From: Octopus bimaculoides
Taxonomy: Eukaryota
Reading direction: 5' to 3'
NCBI RefSeq assembly: GCF_001194135.2
Contig: NC_068986.1
Coordinates: 66,444,741-66,508,665, forward strand
Length of the DNA stretch: 63,925 nt
The notes under the pieces are model-generated. The model ran no database searches, was not told where the DNA came from, and saw only the letters and a program-made list of their open reading frames with translations. This document shows positions 1-10,730 of the stretch, piece after piece. How positions within the stretch are numbered: the first letter of the stretch is position 1; each line of letters begins with the position of its first letter. A program made the translations under genes and the position numbers.

Positions 1-21
1 ATATATATATATATATATATA

Positions 22-375
22 TATAATGAATGAGGGAAATGGAAAATAGAGTTAGCAAGAATCTTTATTCAATACAATGATCATTTTGACCCATCTTGCA
101 TCTGTCCCTTGTGGGTGAGATATTGTACAGCTAATTATGTTGCATCTACCAGTGTGGAATGCATCTTGTTAGGTGTCTCTTTTTAAATAAGATACTCCGC
201 TAAATATACTCAGTTTCGCTTGACATGTTGTGGTTGTCAGTAGATGAGACACCTGATGAGATGCATTCTGTACAATATCCCACCTGCAAGGGACAGATGC
301 AAGATTGGTCAAAACAATAATTGTATTGAATAATGATCCTTGCTAACTCCATTTTCTATTTCCCTCATTCATTAT
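22..375. repeat. Fold-back (inverted repeat), Penelope-like remnant
   Basis: Arms ~22-180 and ~246-375 are reverse complements (e.g. cttgcatctgtccctt / aagggacagatgcaag; gaatgagggaaat / atttccctcattc). It follows a (TA)n tract. Confidence 0.75.
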
Positions 376-629
376 AAATTCAATGAACACTGCAGAATTC
401 CTGACATAGATCCAGTGACACTTATATCATAACTGTGGATGACATCAAGTAGTCTAAATGGTGAAAGTGCTCCAATTGGCATACAACTAATCATATACCC
501 AAGATCCAAATAATTACTTATATTTATCTATATATATAAAAGGGTGTTTGTGTGTGTGTGTGTCTTCCTTATGCATTCAAAAACTGAGTTTCTGATTTTG
601 ACATATGAGGTATCAAAAGATTCATGTGC

Positions 630-2790
630 AGGGGTCTTGATTTTGTTTTTGCATGCTTAGACGATATCCTTATTGCAAGCCAAAATGCAGAGCTATACAA
701 GAAGCATCTAGAGGTTCTTTTTGATAGACTGGAATAGTATGGCCTAGTAATCAACCACACCAGATGTACTTTTGGTGTTAGAGAAATTGACTTCCTGGGA
801 CATCAAATCACAGGTGCTTGTGCTACGCACCTGCCAGCAAAAGTGAAAGCTATCTTATCCTTTTCATACTCCACCACAAGCAAGGCTCTACACTAATTTC
901 TGGGTATGGCAAACTTTTACCATCACTTCATTCTTTCTGCAGCAAGAGTGATGAGACCCCTATACACTGTCAAAGATGGTTCAAGAAAACAGGTGGAGTA
1001 GGATGGTGCAATGACCTCAGCTTTAAATCCACAAAACAAGCCCTGGCTAAAGCAATCATGCTGTCCCATCCTCATATGTCAGCTTGGACTGCACTCACAG
1101 TCGATGCCTTCAACACAGCCATTCAGGGTGTTTTGGAACAACACATCAATGGTCAGTGGTGACCACTTGCCTTCTTCAGTCAGAAACTACGACCTCCTGA
1201 ACAGAAATACAGTGCTTTTGACAGGGAACTGCTAGTTATCCATCTAAGAGTCTGCCACTTTCACTATTTTCTTGGAGGTTGCACGTTTACAGTGTTCACA
1301 GACCACAAACCACCTTTGCTATGAACAAGCTTTGGAGCCTTGGTCTGCATGCCAGCAATGACAGCTATTAGCCATTTCTGAGTACACCACAGGCACGTAG
1401 CTGGAAAAAGCAACACAGTCACCAATGCACTGCTTTGTGCCCCTACCTGCTCTCACACCTACCTAGCCCCAATAATGGAAGGCCTGGATTATGAGGCAAC
1501 AGACAGATGACGAGATCAGGGCCTACTGCACTGCTATCATGTAAATTTCCTTGCAGGATATGCACCTTGGCTCCAATAGCACAATCTTACTGTGTGACAT
1601 ATCTACTGGGAAGCCACAACTGATCATCTCATTAGCCTGGTGCAAGAAGGTTTTTGACATCATTTACCGACTGTCCCACCCAGGTACTAGAGCCACATGG
1701 TGCCTGCTATCAAGCAAATTTATCTCGCACGGTATGGCCAAGCAAATTGGGGAGTGGACCAAGACCTGCATCCCCTGTGAACAAGCCAAGGTATATCAGC
1801 ACACTAAAGCACCCCCACTTGGCAACTATGAACCACCACAGGCCCATTTCAGCCATGTCAACATTGATCTTGTTGGCCCCCTACCACCTTCGCAGGGGTG
1901 CTTGTACCTACTGGCCTTGGCAGACTTCTACATTCATTGGCCTGAGGTTATACCTCTCTGCTGCACAGAAATACAAGAAGTCAGCTGAGCCTTCATCACA
2001 AACTGGATTGCCTGTTTTGGTATCCCAGACAACATCGCATCCAATCAGGGTCTACAATTCATCTCAAAGCTGTAAAATGACATGTGTGACCTTTTTGGAA
2101 TCACAATGAAGTGCACAACAGCCTACCATCCACAGGCCAATGGGTTAGTGGAGAGATTCCACTACTGCCTGAAGGAATCCCTGATAACCAGACTTAACAG
2201 GCTCAAGTGGCTTGATCAACTTCCATGGGTGATACTAGGAATCCATACCACCCCAACGAAAATCTCAATACTTCTTATGCAGAAATGGTTTATAGTGCCC
2301 TTCTTACAGTGTCAGGAGAGTTCCTTCTGAACGTGAAGCCAGACCCAGATGTCAAAAAGTACCTCACACAACTGAGAAACAGTGTGGGCCAGTTGTGCCC
2401 TATTCCCATGTCAACACATGGCACACCTAGATCATCTGTACCAAATAACCTCCACACTGCTAACTTCGTGTTCATTTGATGTGACACACAACAAAAACCC
2501 TCCAGTTACCCTATGATGGCCCATATGAAGTCATATGTCTGGGAGACAAATCATTCCAACTCCTAATTGGTGGGTGACAAGACAGTTTCTATTGATAGGT
2601 TGAAACCAGCCCATTTCAATATTGACAGCTCCATCCAAGTAACTCAACCACCAAACAGGAGCCACCCCAAGCAAATCACACCAACCCTTGGCAAGGAGTA
2701 GTCACCAATGAGCCAAATAACCACACACACACGTGCAGGGCAGTTAAAAGGCTTTCCCAGTTCCAATGACAGTCAACAGTTCTGGTGGGG
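630..2790 (+). mobile_element. Ty3/Gypsy LTR retrotransposon, decayed pol (RT-RNaseH-integrase), 5' truncated
   Basis: Frameshifted translations include FACLDDILIAS (degenerate YxDD), VDAFNTAIQGVLEQ (RNaseH), HPG..ATW..CIPCEQAK (integrase zinc finger), FSHVNIDLVGPLPPSQG and TTAYHPQANGLVERFH (integrase core). Many stops and frameshifts. Confidence 0.95.
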
Positions 2791-2797
2791 AGCTATA

Positions 2798-2976
2798 TGT
2801 AGGGCACTGTCCAAGGATTTATGACAGATGAACTGTTGACAGGAACTTCACTGTGAGCTAGCTAGGGAGCTGGTCTGTAGCGAAGTTGACTTCTAGTTAA
2901 GCGGGCTTCTACGAAGCAGGAGTTGACTGGCAGCTGTCACCTTCATATGTTCAACTAAATAAAACTTTCACTAACA
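2798..2976 (+). mobile_element. 3' LTR of the Gypsy element
   Basis: Purine-rich tract ggtggggagc precedes TGTAGGG. The segment ends ...ctaACA and contains an internal AATAAA. Confidence 0.7.
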
Positions 2977-3171
2977 CATTCTGGGTCTCTGTTAATTTTT
3001 TGTGTATAGCTTAATTAAAGCTATACCAGATTGATTATCCTGGATATAATCCATGAAGAAAAAGTCTTTTGTGATGTCCCCCAATCCAAGAGATTTAATG
3101 AATCATTAGCAATGTGTACAATTTCAGCTTCTTGCACTTCTTTAAGAATAAAAATATTTTACTTTTTACCA

Positions 3172-3390
3172 TGGTGACAAGCTGGCAGAATCATTAACAT
3201 ACCAGGCAAAAATGCTTAGTGACATTTAGCCTGTTTTCACATTCTGAGCTCAAATTCTGCTGAGGTAGACATTGCTTTTAATCCTTTCAGGGTCAATAAA
3301 ATAAGTATCAGTTGAGCACTGGGGTCAATGTAATCAACTAGCCCCCTACCCCAAAATTGCTGGTCTTGTACCAAAAATTGAAGCCAATGT
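3172..3390 (+). mobile_element. tRNA-derived SINE (family A)
   Basis: Motif gctggcagaatcattaac...ttctgagctcaaattctgctgagg...ataagtatcag recurs many times in the window. Confidence 0.8.
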
Positions 3391-3449
3391 TTTACTTTTA
3401 ACAGCCTTCAAACACATTGTAGAGAGAACACAAACATGTACTATTCATT

Positions 3450-3790
3450 TGGAGACCTCCTTTGGTCACGAATGACCATGGGATTGCACCTAGAAAGTTA
3501 CCCTCCAAGGCACAAGTCTGGGCAAGGTTGTTTATGGAAGACCAGCAGTCGCCCATGCATACCAGCCTTCCCTCTCCATGCCACCGATGTCATCCAAGGG
3601 AAAGGCAAAAGCCGATACAGCTTGGCACCTGTGACGTCGCAACTCATTTCAGCAGCTGAGTGAACTGAAGCAACGTGAAATAAAGTGTCTTGCTCAAGAA
3701 CACAACACGCAGCCTTGTCTGAGATTTGAACTCACAACCTCATGGTCGTAAGTTCGATGCTCTAACCACTGAGCCATGCACCTTCACTGT
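3450..3790 (-). mobile_element. tRNA-derived SINE (family D)
   Basis: Reverse complement of the copies at 27920, 43110 and 51165. Head has A-box-like (ggctcagtggttagagc) and B-box-like (gagttcaaatc) motifs. Confidence 0.8.
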
Positions 3791-4981
3791 TCATTAATTT
3801 CACTATAATTTTAATTTGCAAATTATTTTGGGTATGATGTATTCATAACTCCATCCATCAAATGATCTGCAATGTTGGATAAACTATGCTAAAACTGCAA
3901 ACTCTGACTAACTGATATAGATGTCTCTTGCCTGCAAACAAAGCTCAAACCATTCTTTCTATAAGCATGTAAATTTACTTCAGAGCTTAATTCTTAATTT
4001 CTCAAAATTATCCTCCCTTCTCTTTGAAAGATTCTAACAGTTGCCACTAAAATTGTCACTTTTTTCAACAAAGAGGAAAATTTCAATTAATTAAAAAAAT
4101 TTTTCGTTGAAGACAGAATGAACTAAACAAACTAGGAGGAGACATATGAGATGGAGAGTTGCTGAAGAGGTCACAGGAAGTGTGACAAAAGATTTCCAGA
4201 CAATGGACATAAAATAAGAACAATAATAAACAAGTGAAGAATGAATATATAGTGCATGTGTTTATTTGGCAAGTTTTAAAAAAGTGACCATCTCAAAATA
4301 TTCAGAATATCATTCTTGAAATATAATGGCCAACATTTTGAAGAAAGGGTTGTTGTTTTTCTTTCCTGTTCAGTACTGAGTACTTAATGAGACACTTGTC
4401 ACTTTTACAGTGCTACCACCCCTTGTCTCTCTACACTGTCACATGAACATTATTATTGTATAAAATATCAGCTTTGATTTCAGTTTTCATGTTCTCTGTA
4501 CATTTTCTAAGGTCAAATGAGTTTACCAAATTTAATTTTAAGCAGGCACTATCTCTTTATGTCAATGAGTTCAAGTGTTTATTATTGAAGTTTGTGGGGG
4601 GTATTAATAAGTTGTCAGTATTATCTTTCCAACTATTTTGTACATATATGTGCTTACTGTATATATATATACACTTGACTTCGTGAGTGTATATGAACAA
4701 GCACAAGTAAGAATTATATTTGTATTTTGTATTTATATTTACTTGCATGAATCTATACATGTATATATGAATATATGTATGTACGCACTGACAAATATAT
4801 AGCTACAACCATGTGTGCGAATATACTAATATGCATGATACAAATATATGCCTTCATCCTCTCAATCAGAAACACACACACACACACACACACACACTTA
4901 TATAAGTTTTCAAAATTTGCAGCAGATCAGTTGATGTTTTCCTGATACTGTGTGCTGTCAACTTTAAACAGAAATATAAGA

Positions 4982-4989
4982 ATGGCTAC
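4982..4989 (+). CDS. Candidate orphan gene, coding exon 1 (ATG GCT AC; microexon 4972-4989)
   Basis: Acceptor ctttaaacag at 4971, agaATGG start context, donor gtaagt at 4990. Phase 2 joins the exon at 9661. Confidence 0.4.
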
Positions 4990-5144
4990 GTAAGTATTTT
5001 CTATCCCTATTACTTTCCTGTTCTGTACCTTATTAGTTTTTTTTTTTTTTTAGATGGTCTAGGTTTTAGATCACTGGACTATGCTTAACTTCATCTCTTT
5101 TGGTTCAAAGTTAATAATCAATTTTGATTGTTGTCCCTTTAGAG

Positions 5145-5328
5145 CAACAATTTCCAGTCTGGGGTCTATAGAGTCCCGAGGCTTGTGGTGCTGTAAGAGC
5201 CATAAAGTAGAATTGGGGTTATGTTCAAAACTTGTTGAGCAGACAGACCTTTCAAAACCTGTGGCTACCATGGAAAATTCATTTAAATAAAAGGGGACCT
5301 TTAGTAGTAGAGAGATCAGGAACCGTTG
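5145..5328. mobile_element. hAT/Charlie-like MITE (degraded)
   Basis: Ends caacaatttccagtctggggtc and ggaaccgttg resemble Charlie-type TIRs. The TSD is imperfect. Confidence 0.45.
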
Positions 5329-5357
5329 CTCTCTAGTTAATAAAATATGCATCAGTG

Positions 5358-5555
5358 CAAGTTGAAAATCCCTTATTTGAAATTCCTGGGACTGAAAGTG
5401 TGGCAGATTTTGGATTTTTGGGGATTTCAGAATATTTTTACAATTGCATCCTTGGGGTAAGACCCAAGTCCAAAAACAATATCCATTTACATTTCATAAT
5501 ATGTTTGCTCTGAAAGTAATTTTGCACAAAATTTTAATAGTTTTATATACAATGA
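5358..5555 (+). mobile_element. Tigger/pogo-like DNA transposon end fragment
   Basis: caagttgaaaatcccttatttgaaattcctgggac...gacccaagtc...aaagtaattttgcacaaaattttaatag resembles my recollection of Tigger4/MER46 termini. Not aligned to a database. Confidence 0.5.
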
Positions 5556-6723
5556 TACCTTCAGAAAGGTATGATGCTATTATGCTATGTTTTGATTAAA
5601 AGGTTACAGTATATGTGCACCATTTGTATTATATTTTTTGGTACTGGTAATAGGTTATATGTAGGGTATAAAAACAGAGCGCTGAATATGATTATAGGTA
5701 AATAAAATGAAAACTGGGATATGTGGATATTTTGAAAATATTTCTCAAAGTGACAACTGTACCTTGCATTGTTACAGGCTACCCTTTGGTAAGATATAAC
5801 ATCTGTTCAACCACCCTGCCATGGATGTGACAAAGTCATGGGACTGCTGCATGGCAGATTGCAAAGAGATAGTAGAAGAGCTCAACTGAGTCAATGGTGC
5901 TTCTTACATTGATGTTCCTTCACTGATTGCCCAGTATCATATATCCATGTATAAGCTCTCAAATCAATGGGGTCAGTAATAGAGATATATGATATACCAA
6001 GCTGTATAACTGCTCGTATATGACCCTTAATAAGGTTCTTCTTACTACTATCAAAACAATGCTGATAAAAACCTAGTTCAAAGGAGCAACTACATTTGTA
6101 ACACTAACCCATCTTAACTTAATCTAAAATATTTATAGCTTTGCCTCTAATTGTCTTCTTTGCTCCTTTTTTGACACTGTATAAAATTTATCGAAGTTGC
6201 CTCTCTCTCTTTCTCTATTACTGCCCTGGCTCTGAAAGGTGCAGTTATTCCATTGTCTCCTTAACTGCAATGTGCCCTCCCTTTCCTATGCCAACCACCT
6301 ATACTGGAAACCTCTCTCCTGTACCAGAACATCTCTTGGCAATCCTTCTTCTCCTGGCCTTTGACCTCCTCCCTCAGTAGTGTCATTTAAATTGCTGCAA
6401 TACAAACACTGTAGCATTTTATTTTGTATCAAACAAAATTAAAACATGACTGTCTAGTATTTATTATTATTTAGTTAATTAATTAACCAGTTAACTATTC
6501 TATCTGTTTATAATGAATTAACTATCTTTATTTTTATTTATTTACTTGTATTTGTATTAACATTGCTTGTACTAATGCTTGTATAACATCCACTTCCAAT
6601 GGAGGTAGCAGTAATTAATTAACCAATTAACTATTTATCTATTGATAAGAAATTAACTATTTTTATTTTTTGGAGATGTACTTGCATAGCAAGTGACCTG
6701 ATCTGAGATCGTGTGCGGGAACG

Positions 6724-6915
6724 AAAACAATTGCAGCGTGGAAGGTGTTTATAAGCCATTTAAGAAACACACAAAAACCATTAGATTCACTTCAATATTT
6801 ATATTTAATTTTCCAAAATATTTTCGTCGCTTTGAGACCATGACCTGTTGAAGTGAATCTAACAGTTTTGTGTGTTTCTTAAATGCTTATAAACACCTTC
6901 CATGCTGCAATTGTT
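6724..6915. repeat. Fold-back element with ~70-bp arms
   Basis: aaacaattgcagcgtggaaggtgtttataagc...agattcacttcaa (6724-6795) is the reverse complement of 6848-6915. Confidence 0.85.
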
Positions 6916-7104
6916 TATTTTTATTTTTATATCTATTTATTAACTTGTATTTGTATTAATATTGCTTGTACTAATACTTGTATAGCAACCACTTCCAGTG
7001 GAGGCAGCAAGTATAACACAAATGAATGATGGTAGATTAAATATGAGGACAACTGTTATGACATGTCTATTAGCAAATACTCATTAGAATCTTGTTTTCA
7101 GATG

Positions 7105-7777
7105 CTGAAAGCTGCTGTTCCCTCTCTCCATGTTACCTCCTGAGCTAGTATGCTCTGCTGGATGTGTAATGTCAGTATGCATGTATGACAGAATGTAAGC
7201 ATCTTGAGAGAAAAATTGGGTATAAGAAGCATCAGATGTAGTGTGCAAGAGAGACGACTGTCCTGGTATGGTCATGTGGTGCATATGGATGAGAACAGCT
7301 TTAGGAAGAAGAAACGATCTCTTACATGTGGAAGAGATAGATCCAAGAAAACATTGGATGAGGTGGTGAAACATGATCTGTGGATGCTGAGTCTCATGAA
7401 GGTGATGACAAGTGACTGAAGCCTTGGGTGATTTGCTGTGCTTGAGAAAACATGTCAAGCTAAGGGAAATCATAGCTGTGGCCAGTGCCAGTGACAAGTA
7501 AAAGGCACCTGTGCTGGTAACATTAAATGCACCTGTGCCAGTGACATGTAAAAGGCACAGGTGTCAATGATATGTAAAAGGTACCCATGCTGGTGACACA
7601 TAAAAATACTCATACTAGTACATGTAAAGGCACCTAGTACATTCTATGGAGTGGCTGGCATTAGGAAGGGCATCTTGCTGTAGAAACCAATCCAAAACAG
7701 ATGGAGCCCAGTGCTGCTCTCCGGCTTACCAGCTTTAGTCAAACTGTCTTACCCATGCTTATATGGAAAACAGATGA

Positions 7778-7790
<13 letters not shown>
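7105..7790 (+). mobile_element. RTE-clade LINE 3' fragment with (GAT)n tail
   Basis: Translates LREKLGIRSIRCSVQERRLSWYGHVVHMD...KTLDEVVKHDL, followed by the recurrent 3' UTR and (GAT)n at ~7773-7852. Confidence 0.9.
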
Positions 7791-7811
<21 letters not shown>

Positions 7812-7816
7812 GATGG

Positions 7817-7854
<38 letters not shown>

Positions 7855-8589
7855 GCTCCATTACAAAACTATTTGCTTTATACTGAAGTAAAAATAGTTG
7901 CAGCATTTTATAGTCATGAGGTCAAATCCGATTAAAAAAAAGCCGTTTCTACTCCTAAGTGAGAAGTTCCTTTGGTAAAATCATTATCATTGACATTATT
8001 GTACTTATCCTAATCAGTACTATCAATGTCATCATCATCATCATTATCATCATCATCAGCAGTAGTAGCATGTTGTTGTTAGCCTCTCCTCAAGGCACCA
8101 GGTTTTAAGAATTATTTTCCTACTCTTCCTCCCAAAGCATTACTTCACCTGTTGGGTTGGCCTATAGGGAATGTGCATCTAGTTGTAAACATCATCATTC
8201 TCATCAACAGCACCATCATCACTATAATCATCATGTTTAGCATCATTAGCTGCATCATTGTCAGGTAATCATGGACAAACTCCTTCATTGGTATGCACTT
8301 CAATATCTTGCACTGATTATAACTGCTTAGGTATGATTCTCTGTAGTGCAAAGCCAGCTCAGTACATTGCAAATGTTTCAGTGGTAACCATGAAGAGACA
8401 ACTAATAAATACAAGAAGACATTAGAAGAGCACATCTTGCATGCCAAGGCATATGGTGGTTGTTGTCACAGAGTCTGTTGTATTGCTGAACCTTAATTGC
8501 ATTGGCAACAAACATTGCTGAAAAAGCACATGCAAACTTTAGACTATTTCTTTACATTAGACGACTTCTACCTCTCTTAATCTCTGTTT

Positions 8590-8822
8590 CTTATTTCTTT
8601 ACTCTCCACAAGGGGCTACACTCAGAGGGGACAAACAAAGACAGACAAACGGATTAAGTCGATTATATCGACCCCAGTGCATAACTGGTACTTATTTAAT
8701 CGACCTCGAAAGGATGAAAGGCAAAGTCAACCTCAGCAGAATTTGAACTCAGAACGTAGCAGCAGACGAAATACCGCTAAGCATTTCGCCTGGCATGCTA
8801 ACGTTTCTGCCAGCTCGCCACC
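8590..8822 (-). mobile_element. tRNA-derived SINE (family A), near full length
   Basis: CpG-retaining copy: ...ctcagaacgtagcagcagacgaaataccgctaagcatttcgcc...gccagctcgccacc. Confidence 0.85.
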
Positions 8823-8979
8823 TTAATCTCTGTTTCTTAGTGTGTAATGTGAGATGTGAATACAAATTACGACCAGCTTACATCATGATATTGCAAGAAC
8901 AGAATTATTATAAAGAAAATTTACCTGCATCAAAAGTAATGTACCTAAATCTTGGTGAAACCTAGACACATTAATCTTA

Positions 8980-9500
8980 GGTGCAGGCATGGCTGTGTAG
9001 TAAGAAGCTTGCTTCCCAACCACATGGTTCAGGGTTCAGTCCTACAGGGTGGCAATTTGGACAAGTGTTTTCTACTATAGTCTCAGGTCAACCAAAGCCT
9101 TGTTAGTAGATTTGGTAGACTGATAGAAGCCCATCATTTCCGGTGTCATCTATTTGTTCCTATTACCATTCTATACCCATATAACACTGTGTTTTGGACC
9201 ATCTGCATATTGAGTTCTACATCAGGTTATTAGTCACACCATGCCTAAGTGAAATATTAATATGTATATATGTATGTATGTATGTGTGTGTCTTTCTGTC
9301 TGTGTTTGTCCTCCACTGCTACATGACAACCGGTGTTAGTGTGTTTACATCCCCATAACTAAGTGCTTTGGCAAAAGAGACCAATAGAATAAGTACCAGG
9401 CTTAAAAAAGAATAAGTATTGGAGTTGATTGATTCAACTAAAAATCCAAGGCAGTGCCCCAGCATGGCCACAGTCTAATGGCTGAAACAGATAAAAGAAA
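8980..9500 (+). mobile_element. SINE (family B)
   Basis: ggcatggctgtgtagtaagaagcttgcttcccaaccacatgg head. Further copies at ~16520, 23690, 24340, 24980, 34005, 35120-35455, 35955, 38130, 40015, 48420, 49160, 61230 and 62825. Confidence 0.8.
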
Positions 9501-9660
9501 AGATCTATCTTTAGAGGGTGTCATCACTCATCTAACATGCCTGAGTACATGACCTGGCTTGAATGTAAATCCTTGGAGAATCAAAAACAAACAGAAGCAG
9601 TTATGAGAAAATGGTGTTAGAAATTAACACTAAATCATCATGCCTAATTCATACTTTCAG

Positions 9661-9775
9661 AAATGACCATCACTTTAGAATGATTTCATATCGTGTACCT
9701 TCACAGAATACAAAATTGAAAAAATTAACCAAGACAAGTCTAATTACTGATTATTGGTTAAAGCCGCTTATGAAG
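9661..9775 (+). CDS. Candidate orphan gene, exon 2
   Basis: Acceptor catactttcag, donor AAG|gtaaga, only one open frame (phase 2 to 0): NDHHFRMISYRVPSQNTKLKKLTKTSLITDYWLKPLMK. Confidence 0.55.
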
Positions 9776-10229
9776 GTAAGATATATTCTTTTTTAAAAAA
9801 ATTGCCAGTATTCAAGTAAAGCCATAGCCTAATGTATGGAACCAGCAAAAGAGTAAATGCATCGTTGTGTGGTAAGAAGTCCACTTCACAATAGTATGGC
9901 TCCAGGTGCAATTCCACAGCACAGTACCTTGTGTAAGTATCATTTACAGTAGACTTAAGGTCTCTGGTCTACATATACTTTGCAAATAGAATTTGGTTCA
10001 TGGAAATTGAGAAAAATACAATATATATGTATACATTGTGTGTGTGTGTGTGCAAATTTTGTGTGAATTAGGAGACTGCAACAACTGGAATTTTATAAAT
10101 AGAATTATGAACCTTTTCTATTATGAGGGCTTATATACACTGTATTAGACTATTTTCTATTATCAATATATGGTGAAAGCACATAATTCTATTTATAATA
10201 TATACACATTCTGCACAAATGTCATTGTG

Positions 10230-10730
10230 GAGTGGTAGTAGATGAATTCAGTCTGCATCCATTGTCCTGCAGCCTTAGTGTGGGCTGATCCCCGCAACAT
10301 GCTGCTTTGAATGGCACAATTAGAAGGGGCCGTGACACGGCTGGCTTCTTGTCCCAACTTGAGCCTGCAGACCTCAGCTGTGGGGGCTGTAAGTGCCCCC
10401 TTCCCATTTGGAGGAGGTAGATCTCTAGTCTGAGATGTGAAGTGCAGTAACACATTCTCCAGCTTCAATCTTGCAGCATTGGCTGTAAGTCTGGGTGTCA
10501 CCACTCATAATGTGGAGGAGAGAAAAATTAACGAATACAGGGGCCTTACTATCAATTTGTGCCAGCTACCATCAAGAAATCAGGTGTTCTTGAACCCCAT
10601 ACTACTGATTTCCTCCAGAAAATAGGGTCAACAGTGGCCTGTCAGAAAAATGAGCACCACAAGGTGGAGTGACTGCTGCAGCAAGTGTCATTGGCCATCC
10701 TCTGTAGTACTGACATCTTGGTCATTACCA
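10230..10730 (+). mobile_element. Non-LTR retrotransposon remnant with restriction-like endonuclease domain (CRE/R2-type)
   Basis: Translates (with stops) HAALNGTIRRGRDTAGFLSQLEPADLS...GEKN*RIQG..QFVPATIKKSGVLEPHTTDFLQKIG...LLQQVSLAIL, matching the H..LN / E.RK..KY / FVP.A.ETSG pattern of RLE C-termini. Confidence 0.7.

Noticed and set aside
7701-7935. Poly-Asp and poly-Met ORFs (also poly-Ile/Leu/Asn at 18239-18556 and 20392-20750, and HT/CV repeats at 61069-61512)
   Set aside because: They are translations of (GAT)n, (ATT)n and (CA)n microsatellites.
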